A stretch of DNA of 64,000 nt. Origin: Hypanus sabinus. Its lineage: Eukaryota. A program made the translations under genes and the position numbers. Location of the stretch: assembly GCF_030144855.1 (NCBI RefSeq), contig NC_082710.1, positions 153,016,001 through 153,080,000 of the forward strand, read 5' to 3'. The notes below the pieces were generated by a model. That model ran no database searches and was not told where the DNA came from. It was given only the letters and a program-made list of their open reading frames with translations. Numbering within the stretch: position 1 is the first letter of the stretch; the number at the start of each line of letters is the position of its first letter. Positions 13,341 through 25,013 of this stretch are shown one piece after another.

Positions 13341-14599
13341 CATTGGGATATTGCTTTGTACTCATGTTTCCTCCCTGGGGATGGAAAACATCCTGGTCTG
13401 TAGGCTGTTGATAGTGGTGGAAGGTAGTGCTTTTGTTCTGGAGGAAGAGGATGTGCACACATAGTGAATTGCTGGACTGGTGCCACTGAACTGCTTCCTC
13501 TTCCTCAAGAAAAACATCAAATCAAGGTTCCCCAAAAAATAGGGAAATTTCAGATTGTGCTAACTTCACGTGTATTTTCTCACTGCACAGGGTAGTAAAG
13601 GCCTCTGGGTAAGGACATTCAAAACATGGTTCAGCACCTAATTTTGTGCAGCAACAAATACTCCAGGGATATGGGTATGGAGTGAAATGGACAGTTGACA
13701 TTTCAAGTCAAGGTCCTTCATCTGGATTTGATCCAAAATGTTGACTCTCCATTTCCTTCCGCAGATGCTACTTAACACTCTGAGCTCCCCAAGGAGTTTG
13801 TGCGTGGCTCCAGTTTCCAGCGTCTGCAGTCTCTTCTCTTCCCCTAGGTAGAACTTCTCTTCACTGTAAAGTTTCTCTGGTGTGTGTAGTAGAATCTGGG
13901 GGCAGTTGAGAAGTGTGAAGGAGAGTAAAATGGGATTATTGTGTATGGAGATGGATACTCAGCACAGACTATGTAGGCTGAAGGAAGTGTTTCCGTAGCC
14001 TTATGCAAGGGAAAGAACCCCATATGAAGAAGTGTCTGTCTTCACCTGGTGTTTTTAAGAGTTCCTGATCTGGCCCTTTGCCCTTTTCTGGCTGAAACAC
14101 AGGCTGTGATGGAGGGGCAATAGCAGACTGGAGACTTACCTGACTGTGCTGATTACCTCTACAGGCATAGGGGGTCCATAGGATTTGGGAAAATCCTTGT
14201 CCAGCTTCAGGTTACTAACAAAATGTACTCTCACCTCACTGCATGAATGCTAGAAGCAGACATTGCATCTCTGTGTTATCCAGTGCTACCTCCCTGTGTT
14301 TGCGATGCACCTAGGGGAGAGTTATTGGGGGAATATGCATGATCCCTGTACTGAATATGGTCCAGTGAGTGTCTGGGTTCAGCAAGTGCTTCAGTCCCAC
14401 AGGTTATTCTGAAACTTGAGGTAAGATCATCAAGTGCTACAAGTATTTTTTTTATTATCCATGTGATTTCTGCATTTGATGGTCTTTTCAGATATACAGC
14501 TCCTTAAGGCTTTAACCCCTTCCCTACGTGGGATGTCCAGGAATGTTTTGCTGTCCATTAGTCCTGCTACAGTGTAGCCAAGTTGTGAAGTAGGAGTGG

Positions 14600-14830
14600 G
14601 GATATTCTATCTGTGAACAGCGGGATCCCACCCAGAGCAATTAAATAATTACCAGATGCTTCTTAGCTGTGGGCTGAGGGGAACATTGGCCTGAATGTGG
14701 CTATGGCTCTTCTGCTCTTTAAAACATATTGTGGGATTTTCTACACCTGAGGTGCAAAAGAGGATTGGTCTAATGTCTTAACTGAAACACAGCACCTTTG
14801 ACAGTGTGGAAAACCGTCTGAACTGCTCTC
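14600..14830 (+). mobile_element. Deu-domain SINE remnant (SacSINE1/AmnSINE-like; second copy about 36800-37030)
   Basis: Degenerate match from memory to attggcc...ctgctcttc...gtgggatctttta..ccacctgag...aacgtctcatc.gaaa...gcacct..gacagtg. Confidence 0.5.
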
Positions 14831-15809
14831 TGATCGTGTAAAATTCCCCCAATACCAAGACTCTGACAAGCCACCTGTACTCTCTATGGGGGATGGGAGG
14901 TGACTTAGTAATGGTGTATGAGAGGCATCAATAGAGTGGAATCCCAGCAACCTTTTCCCAAGGTGGCAATGGCCAATACCAGGAGATATCATTTAAGGTG
15001 AATGGAGGGAAGTTTATGGAAGATGTCAGAAGTAGATTTTCTGAGACAGTGAATGGCGGGTGTCTGGAATGCATTGCTGGGGGTGGTGGTAGATGCTAAT
15101 ACAATGGGGATATTTAGAGGTCTTTTAGATAGGCACATGGATGTAACAGAAATAGATGGTTTGTTGCTGTTGAAGGGGAAAGATTAAGACTCATTGCACA
15201 GTAGATTTTTATTGGTCAAAACAACATCATGGGCCAAAGGGACCATACTGTGCTGTACTGTTCCATGAAACACAAGTGTAGAAATATTGCTGAACTGCTC
15301 TCTGATCATGTAGCATAGCACCCTGCCAATGGTGCAGACATGCAATGCTGCAACATTGCCCCACTACCAAGTCTTTGAACATGCACTGCTTCCTCCGTGC
15401 AACAGTGCAGCTCACCAATGCCACAGTGCTCCCCTAGCACTGCACCTCTGACACTGCTGCACTCTCTCGGTAATGGTGGATAATTCACTTCTGAATGCGA
15501 ATCAGTGTCATTGCTCCAGTGGTGGAGACCATCACTCCAGAAGTGCAGTGCTTCCGTGTAATGATCAATTTGCATAAGACCAGGTGAAAAGGAACTTCAA
15601 TGGAATTAGACCCAAATCCATGTAGCCAGACCAACCATGTCCCTGCACTCAAAGGGCAAAAAGCATTCTGATCCATCTGTGCATGTTCAAAATGTTTGGA
15701 ATTGATTTCTCAGCTCTGTTCTGTCTTCCCCAGTCCATCTCTTCCCACTTCTATTCATAACGTTACTTAGCCATGGAGAGACTGGCCCTTCCGCCTGCTG
15801 AGTCTGCAC

Positions 15810-18800
15810 TATGTTGCCTTTATGGCATTTGTTTAGTTTATAATATCTTCGCTTTAGTAATTCGTTTGTTATAATTTTCTAGTTAAAGTTAAGATTGTTT
15901 AAAGTAAATTCATTGTCTGTGATATATCGCGGCATGCGATGATGTCACACCCGGTTTCGCCGCGTCTTGTGGAAAAATACCAGTTTGGAGAAAGGGGAAG
16001 GAGGGGGCTCACATGTGCAGGATCAGCGCAAGAAAAGTTTTCTTTCTACGCACTAGAAACATCAGTAAAGCAACGCCGTAAGTTCATGAGTTAATCGATA
16101 TGTTGAATTAAAAATGTTAACGCTGACTCTGTTAAAAGTAATGATGGTTGATAAGGTTTATGTTTTTCTTATTTAAAGAGTTGTGGATAGTTTATGTTGC
16201 AGTGTATTTAAAGCAGTCAATGGCATAGGTAGATTCTGACTATGTTGCACTTTAATGTAATGTAGTTGTTGTAGTTTTACTTCTGCAAGTATTTACAATG
16301 TAAATGTTATATCAAGAAGGAAACAAATACTGTATATATTTTGTATTGTTTTATCAACAGTTTTCACCATACATTAATGTGGAAGAGTGAACAGTAAACG
16401 GTTAATCTTACTGCGATCCTGTCTTCATTGACTACGGTTTACCTCGGTGTTTAATTCAGAGTTCTTTGGCACCTGTGCGAGAACACTACAGTGAAAAGGC
16501 GGCATTATCAGGTGTTTCAAGTGCTGCAATGACAACTCAATCCAGCATCAAGTCGTTGCCATCCAGCGACAGGGGCAGTAGGGCATCATCAAGTAAGGCT
16601 GCCCATGCAAGAGCTAAGGCAGAAGCCACCAAGGTGCGAGCGTTCTATGCCGAACAAGAAGCAAAATTGAAAATGGAAGTGGCTGCCAGAGAAGCCGAAA
16701 ACCAGTTGGAAAAGGTAAAGATAGAGTCAGAGTTAGAAGTGCTGATGCTACACTGAGAAGCAGAAGCTGCCAGGGTGGAATCAGAGTTAATACAAAATGC
16801 TGAAGAAATTCATATTCTGGATGATGTAAAATCTACTTCAGTAAGGACCAGATTGGAACGCACAAGCAACTATGTCCGATCTCAAATAGACTTGAAGATT
16901 CGTTCTTCCTCTCCATACTTATACGCTAATGACTCATTTCATGAGGAGTCTCAGAGAGGCCCAATTGCATCACATCCATCTGAGGAAGACAATTTACCCT
17001 TGCAACTCCACGATGAATTCAAGAATGAAAGGGCTGATGACAAATACTTCTTGACACCAAACATACCAGATTTGGCAAGAAGAGAGGCAAAGGCTGAATT
17101 CAGAACAGCAAATTCCTTAACAGATGTACGCCCTCAGTCATATACCCGCCGACATATTACCCCAGCCTGCATGCCACTTGCAGTTGAACCCATGGCACAG
17201 TATTTAGCATGACGAGATCTCGTCACTTCAGGACTATACCAGTTCGACGATAAACCTGAAAATTACCATGCATGGTACTCCACATTCGCCAACGCGAATC
17301 CACGGAGTCCAGCTCGGAGCAACCCAAGAGTTGGATCTTATGACGAAATGGCTGGGAAAAGAATCTTGCAAACAGGTGAGACACATACGGTCAGTGTACA
17401 TTAACAGCCCCAAGCTAGCCTTAAGCAAAGCATGGGAAAGACTTTGGGAGTGCTAGGCGGCCCCTGAAATTATTGAAGCGGCACTATTCCTACGTCTGGA
17501 AAATTTTCCTAAGGTGTCAGCCAAGGACCACACTAAGTTAAGAGAGCTCAGAGATTTACTTATGGAGATTCAAGGCGGCAAAAAAGACAGCTATTTAACT
17601 GGTCTATTATACCTAGATACTTCATATGGGATTAGACAAATCGTGGACAAACTTCCATTTGGGCTGCAGGAAAGGTGGGTGTCTGTTGGCTCAGAGTACA
17701 AGGAAGAGAACGATGGTCGATTTCCTCCCTTTGAGTATTTCACTAGGTTTGTGTGCAAGGAGGCGAAGAAGCAAAATGACCCTATCCTCATGAGTCCAGG
17801 TAGCAGTACAATTTACACCAAGCCAGTTAAATCCACTTTGGATAATTTCAACATTAATAAACCTGTCTCAGTGCTTAAGACTGAAGCCTTTACAACTAAC
17901 AATGACCCTAGCAAGAATTGTCCATTGCATAACAAACCCCATCCCCTCAAAAAATGCAGAACGTTTAGGGAAAAAACCCCTTGAAGAGAGGATGGCCCTT
18001 CTCAAGGAGAAAAAAATATGTTTTAAATGCTGTTCCTCTACCTCTCACCTTGCTAGAGAGTGTACGATCTCCGTGAAGTGCCAGGAATGTAATAGCACTA
18101 ATCACGATGGGACCATGCATCCCTGCCCATTACTGCAAACCGACAAAGCTCCTTCACCCTCACAACAGGACGGCGGGGAGGGAGAGGTTCACTCCAGGAC
18201 AACCGTTGTCAGCTCGAGCTGCACAGAAGTTTGCGGTCAAGCTCAGTCAAGCCGTTCTTGTTCAAAGATCTGTCTCACTAAAGTGTACCCTAAGGGAGCC
18301 AAAGACAAGGCCATCAAAGCCTGTGTAATTCTGGACAATCAGAGCAATCACTCACTAGTCAGACCAGAGTTCTTTGACTTGTTCAACATTGAGAGTAATC
18401 AGTTCCCATACTAACTTAGAACTTGCTCAGGCAGCGTGGAAACCTATGGAAGGAAGGCAGAAGGCTTCCAGCTCGAGTCCCTGGATGGTAAAGTTGTCAT
18501 CTGTCTCCCTCCGCTCTTAGAGTGCAATGAAATTTTGAATAACCGCACTGAGATCCCGACGCCAAGTGCAGTGCTACACCAGCCACATCTCCACCACATT
18601 GGCAAGCACATCCCAGAACTGGATCCAAAAGCAGAAATACTCCTGCTATTAGGAAGAGATGCTCTCCAGGTGCACAAGGTTAGGCAGCAAGTCAATGGAC
18701 CAAACGACACCCCCTTTGCCCAATGCCTGGACCCAGGCTGGATGGTGATAGGAGAGGTGTTGCCTTGGCAATGTACACAAACCGACGGTTAACACACTCA

Positions 18801-21595
18801 AGATAAATGTGCTAGAGAGCGGCTGCTTTTCAATTTTTCAACCCTGCACAAGTTTCATGTGTATCAAGGAAGCACGACAAGGCTTTAACAAATGTAAAGT
18901 AACCGACAAGACGCTGGGTCAGTCAGTCTTCGCTCAAACTGAGCATGATAATAAACTTGCTCCATCAGCTCAAGACACCATTTTCTTAAAAATAATGGAC
19001 ACCAAGGTCTTCAGAGATGAAGCAAATAATTGGGTCGCCCCACTACCTTTCAGAGAACCATGCCAGTGCTTGCCAAACAACAAAGAGCAGGCAGTCAAGC
19101 GGATCACATCCTTGCAAAAAACCCTGAAATGGAAACCTGAGATGCAGCAACAATACGTGGCATTTATGGAGAAGATCTTCGCTAATGGACATGCTGAAGT
19201 GGCACCACCACTGAGGGAAGGCGGGGAGTGCTGGTACCTCCCAAAGTTTGGGGTTTACCACCCACAAAAGCCCAATCAGATCAGGGTGGTCTTTGACTCC
19301 AGTGCTCAGTGCACTGGTGTCTCCCTTAATGACGTGCTCATTACAGGCCCCGACCTTAACAATACCCTTCTCAGGGTCCTGCTGCACTTCCGGAAGGAGA
19401 AGGTCGCACTCTTAGCGGACATCCAGCAGATGTTCCATTGCTTCTTAGTACAGGAGGACCATCACAATTTCCTTCGTTTCTTATGGCACAAATGTAACTT
19501 CCTTCGCACTGCGGACGAATTGGCCCAGGCACAGGATGTCATCTTTAAAGCAACTCAAAGAGTGGCTTTTGCAGGGGAGTTTTCAGCTCTCCAAGTTAAT
19601 AAACCAATACCAAAGGACAGCCCTTTGAGGAAATTCAACCTGATCCTGAAGAACGATATCATCTGCATTAGAGGCTGGTTAATACACTCCCAACTTCCAG
19701 CTGCAGAAAAGAGTCCAGTAATCCTGCCCAAAGACAGCCATGTGTCCTTACTGCTCACTCGCCATCACCATGAACAGGTAAAGCATCAGGGCCGTCACCT
19801 GATGGGAGGAGCAATAAGGGCAGTGGGACCGTGGATCTTGGGAGGTAAAACACTGATCAATTCAGTACTTCATAAATGTGTAACCTGCAGGAAACTGCGA
19901 GGCAAGTTGGAAGCTCAATGTATGGCGGACCTCCCACCAGAACTCCTCGAAGCATGCCCTCCTTTTACATACGTGGGGCTGGACATATTTGGTCCCTGGA
20001 CTATCACTACAAGATGCACCAGAGGAGGACAAGCAGAGAGCAAACGGTGGGCCATCATGTTTAGCTGCATGAGTTCAAGGGCGGTACACATTGAGGTAAT
20101 CGAATCTTTGGATACATCCAGCTGCAGTAACGCTCTCAGGCGCTTCTTTGTGCTAAGAGGCCCTGCAAAACAGTTAAGGTCTGATTGTGGCATGAACTTT
20201 GTTGGAGCATCAAAGGAGCTGGGAATGGACAAAACGGTGCAAAAGTACCTCAGTCAGCAGGTATGCAACTGGGAGTTCAACACACCACACGCCTCTCACA
20301 TGGGAGGCGCATGGGAGTGGATGATTGGTATCGCCAGAAGAATTCTTGATTCAATGTTTCTGCAGCAATGCACCCGATTGACCCACGAGGTACTGTGCAC
20401 ACTAATGGCAGAGGTCACAGCCATTATAAATGCACGACCACTCCTACCTGTGTCTTCTGACCTGGAAAACCCCTTCATACTCTCGCCATCAATGCTCCTT
20501 AAGCAGAAGGCAGGAGCTCCCCCTCCACCAGGGGACTTCTCTGATAGGGATTTGTACACAAAGCAATGGAGACAGGTCCAGGCTCTGGCAAATCAGTTCT
20601 GGTCTCATTGGAGACATGAATATCTACCTTTGTTGCAACACAGACAGAAGTGGACAGAACCCTGCAGGAATCTTCAAGTTGGAGATTTAGTCCCGCTCAG
20701 GGACAAGCAAATCGCCGGCAACAGCTGGCCAATGGCCAGAATCACTGCTACATTCCCTAGTAGGGATGGACATGTCAGGAAGGTTGAGTTGAGAACTTCC
20801 GACCAAGGTGATGTGAAAATTTACCAAAGGTCAGTTACAGAAGTCATTCTACTTCTACCTAAGGACTGATTTAGAGACTGAAGTTTTGTATTATGTTCAT
20901 TGTGACCCTACGAAGGTCAAGCGGGGAGTGTGTTGCCTTTATGGCATTTGTTTAGTTTATAATATCTTTGCTTTAGAAATTCATTTGTTATAATTTTCTA
21001 GTTAAAGTTAAGATTGTTTAAAGTAAATTCGTTGTCTGTGATATATCGTGGCATGCGATGACATCACACCCGGTTTCGCCGCGTCTTGTGGGAAAATACC
21101 AGTTTGGAGAAATGGGAAGGAGGGGGCTCACATGTGCAGGATCAGCACAAGAAAAGTTTTCTTTCTACGCAGTAGAAACATCAGTAAGTTCATGAGATAA
21201 TCGATATGTTGAATTAAAAATGTTAACGCTGACTCTGTTAAAAGTAATGACGGATGATAAGGTTTATGTTTTTCTTATTTAAAGAGTTGCTGATAGTTTA
21301 TGTTGCAGTGTATTTAAAGCAGTCAATGGCATAGGTAGATTCTGACTGTATGTTGCACTTTAATTTAATGTAGTTGTAGTTTTACTTCTGCAAGTATTTA
21401 CGATGTAAATGTGATATCAAGAAGGAAACAAATACTGTATATATTTTGTATTGTTTTATCAACAGTTTTCACCATATGTTAATGTGGAAGAGTGAACAGT
21501 AAACGGTTAATCTTACTGCGATTCTGTCTTCATTGACTACAGTTTACCTTGGTGTTTAGTTCAGAGTTCTTTTACACCTGTGTGAGAACACTACA
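15810..21595 (+). mobile_element. BEL/Pao LTR retrotransposon, internally deleted
   Basis: LTRs at 15810-16490 and 20929-21595; PPT gcggggag; 5-bp TSD TGCAC/TGCGC (empty site TGTGC at about 38002). Gag zinc knuckles (CPLHNKPH, CFKCCSSTSH, CQECNSTNH), protease LDNQS, RT start (WYLP, RVVFDSSA, ADIQQMF), integrase (HHEQVKH...CVTC, GLDIFGP, RSDCGMNF, GGAWE). Confidence 0.97.
18809..20869 (+). pseudogene. BEL pol remnant: RT N-terminus fused in frame to integrase
   Basis: 686-aa ORF; junction FLRFLWHK/CNFLRTADEL at about 19492; no YxDD catalytic motif and no RNase H. Confidence 0.85.
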
Positions 21596-21599
21596 TGCG

Positions 21600-22500
21600 C
21601 TAACCCCCACACCCCAGATTTTCATACTCACTCACACACTAGGGGGAACTTACAACTGTTTGCTAACCTAACAAGGAACATTAGGGACATTTCTTAGACA
21701 GGGAAGGAAACAGGGACATCTGGGGAAAGCCAGTGTGGTCACAGATTTTGCACCAAAGCACAACTAGGAGAGGAAGTTATTGAGTTACACAAGGCACCTG
21801 CTCCAGATAATTCAGATTTGCTCGTTCTCCCTGTAACCCCTTGGAATTCTACCTGGGTGGTTTGGTTTCTCCCCCATCACAATGATGCACAGGTAGGTGC
21901 GTTAAATGGCAACTGTAAATTGCCACTAGTGTCTGGGTGAGGGGCAGAATCTGAGCAGAAGATTGAGATAACATGGTGAGCATGAAATAAAAATATAGGA
22001 CTAGTAACACTGATTGCTTGTTAGGCAGCATGGACACTGAGCTGAATAGCCTGTTTCTGTCATTTTTTTTTTGATTGTTTGCTTTTCAAACAGGCATTCA
22101 ACTTAGTTGTCTCAGTTGAGTCTTTCTGCACAATTAGACTGCTAACTCCCTGTTGTTTTCTTGCACATAGACATAAACTCATACAGCACAGAACTAGACC
22201 CTTTGACCCACCCAGTCTATGCTGGCTATCAACCACACATTTGCTCAAATTCTACACTGATCCCATTTTGTTTGTCACACATTTCAATAATTTTCCCCAA
22301 TTCCCACACTTTAGAGACAACTTACAGCAGTGAATTTATCTCCAAACATGTTTTGTCTGGAATGTGGAGAGGAAAATGAAGCACTTGGGGGAATCTTGTG
22401 GAGTCACAGAAGGAATTTGCAAACTCCTCACAGACAGCACCAGAAGTCGGGATCAAACTTGGGTTTCTGAAGCTATGAGGCAGTGACTCTCCCTTGCACC
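21600..22500 (-). mobile_element. HE1/MER6-like tRNA-derived SINE remnants (also about 10540-11100, 32740-33310, 38005-38900)
   Basis: Degenerate gcaaactcc.cacagacagcacc...gtcgggatcaaac..gggt.tctg and ggaggaaa...gagcaccc motifs, recognised from memory. Confidence 0.5.
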
Positions 22501-23559
22501 ACTTTGCTGGATGAGCTTTTCTGCAAGTGAGAGTGTTTTCTGAAGGTTGCACACAGAGTGACTGATTGACATTGGACAGCACAATGGGTGGAGGCAAAGC
22601 AGGAGTGAAGTGTGGGTGGTAGAGAGTGTGGTTCACATCATGAGTGGGAGAGGTAGGGGAAAGTGAGTAGTAGAGGAGTGAGGGTCACATGTTCAGGACC
22701 AAGGGTCAGTGGCGCAGAGTGAAGGAGGCAAAGAGTGATGGTGCAGGAATGAGGAATGTGGGTGAACATTGAGGGCAAGGATTCAGGAGATGGAGATCTA
22801 CAGGAGAGTGAGGCGTCTGAGGTATACGAGAATGAAGGATATAAAGTTCATTGAAAATTTATTATCTAAACTATATAAACTACATTTTATGTTACCATAT
22901 ACTGTACTACGGTATGTAACACCCACCTGAACATGATAACTACCAATTGCTGAAAAGTAACCTTTTACAGACTTTTGACTATCAGAGTCTGAAAGTGCCA
23001 AACAATTGTTCGCCTTATCCAATCCCCAGATGTGAGGATGCCTGCAGCTGCGAAACAAACAATGATGGGTCTGTGCTTTTATCATGTTTGCTTTAGTACA
23101 AACATAAAGAAGTGCTGGCTATTTTCTGCTTTGACAATCCCAGCACATTGGGACATCAGAGATCTGTGAACACTGTGAGCTTCAACTGCCAGGGTTGTCT
23201 GCTATTCATTATGGACATCTATTCAAGGCGACACTTCCTCTGTGACACATGTGCACAAGAGTATGTGCCGCCAGCATCGCCTATTGATGAGAAGGCAGAG
23301 AGCAATGAAATCTTGCTGGAGGTTGACCATGGCAGCAAGATCCAGACTTAAAGGACACGACAGGTGACTTCAGCGGGTGACATTACACATGGAACTTTGT
23401 CCTGGCTAAAGTGGCCAGACCTCTGCTCAATGTTGATTTCCTGTGTGTCCAAGGAAACTTACCCGAACACATTTGACAAACTCTATTCCATCTAGCCCTT
23501 TTACAGCATGGGAGTGTCAGTCAATATTTGGAAAATTAAATTCACATATAACCACACCT

Positions 23560-23860
23560 TATGTTTCTTGCAACAGCATTCAATCTCTCTACAAGTTAGT
23601 TCCTGTAAAGCCTGCAGATCTTCTCCACAATGCAAACTAGAGGAACAACATCTTATAGTCAGCCTGGGTTGCAACAGCGTGCAATCTCTTATAGTCAGCC
23701 TGGACTAGCAACATCTTATAGTCAGCCTGGATTGCAACAGCGTGCAATCTCTCTACAAATTAGTTCCTGTAAAGCCTGCAGATCTTCTCCACAATGCGAA
23801 CTGGAGGAGCAACATCTTATAGTCAGCCTGGGTTGTTTATAACTCAATGGCATGAATATT
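23560..23860 (+). repeat. Complex local duplication of an about 110-bp segment, copy 2 only
   Basis: Two copies of gcaacagc...gatcttctccacaatgc...acatcttatagtcagcctgg plus two short partial repeats; copy 1 has one copy at about 9560-9680. Confidence 0.85.
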
Positions 23861-25013
23861 TCATAAGAACGTAAGAACATAAGAGATAGGAGCAGGAGTA
23901 GGACAATCGGCCCCTCAAGCCTGCTCCGCCATTCAACAAGATCATGGCTGATCCAATCTTAACTCTAGTTTTCACTGAATCCCACAAGGCAACAGTGTCA
24001 ACCAACAGGGCACCATGCCGCCCATTGTATTTTATTATTCATCCCGCCCAAACCCATGTGATCACCCGGGGGAAGAAAACTGATTTGCCAACTGAGGAGA
24101 AAAAATCTGGAAAATTACTCTCCAACCCATCCAGGCTATCGAAAACTGGTCCAGGAGATCACATAGCTGATCTAAACCTAGCCTCATGTCCACTTACCTG
24201 CTCACTCACTGTATCCCCTAATGCCATTTTTCCCCAGGAAAATGTCTATCTCCATTTTGAATTTATTGAGTGTAGTAGCTTCCACAGCTCTCAGGGGCTG
24301 TAAATTCCACAGCCCCACTACCCGCTGAGTGAAGAAATTTCTCCGCATCTCAGTCCTGGAACGGCATCCCCTTATTTTAAGATTATGCCCCCTAGTCCTA
24401 GTTTCACCCATCATTGGGAACATTCTCCCCGCATCCACCCGATCAAGCCCCTTTACAATCTTATATGTTTCAATAAGATTGCCTCTCATTCTTCGGAACT
24501 CCAATGAGTAGAGTCCCAATCTACTCAACCTCTCATCATACATCAACCCACCCATCCCCGGAATTAACCTAGTGAACCTTCTCTGCACTGCCTTGAGAGC
24601 CAGTATGTCCTTTCTTAAATATGGACACCAGAACTGCACACAGTACTCCAGGTGTGGTCTCACTAATACCCGGTACAACTGCAGTAAGACCTCCCTGTTC
24701 TTATACTACATCCCCCTAGCAATAAAATCCAGCATTCCATTGCCCTTCTTGACCACCTGCTGCACTTGCATACTAACTTTTTGTGTTTCCTGCACCAGGA
24801 CTCCCAGATCCCTTTGCACAGAAGCACTTTCCAGTTTCTCTCCATTTAGATAATAACTTGCTCTGTTATTTTTCCTGCCAAAGTGCAAGACCGCACACTT
24901 GTCAGTATTATATTTCATCTGCCAAATGTCTGCCCAATCACTCAGACTATCTATGTCCCCCTGCAGGGTTTCAATGTCCTCCGCACTCATTACACTCCCT
25001 CCCATCTTTGTGT

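Larger units (their letters stand above)
8907..22909 (+). repeat. Segmental tandem duplication, copy 1 (about 8.2 kb core plus BEL insertion)
   Basis: Colinear high identity with 22918-39311 (for example 9700-15809 with 31900-38005, and 21596-22909 with 38005-39311). Confidence 0.95.

Noticed and set aside
13267-13464. Plus-strand ORF MIHGLLQPTEVTSS... conserved in two copies, with exon-like splice sites
   Set aside because: The third copy has an in-frame stop, and the minus strand reads as a Tx1 ORF2 CxxC motif; conservation is explained by the segmental duplication.
13591-14425. Two 18-nt plus-strand micro-exon-like motifs (about 13591-13608 and 14403-14420)
   Set aside because: Weak or variable acceptors; one gains a stop in copy 2; no coherent frame; such motifs are expected by chance.
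14741-14992. 83-aa minus-strand ORF identical in length in both copies
   Set aside because: Spans the antisense of a SINE remnant and a CR1 3' end; not coding.
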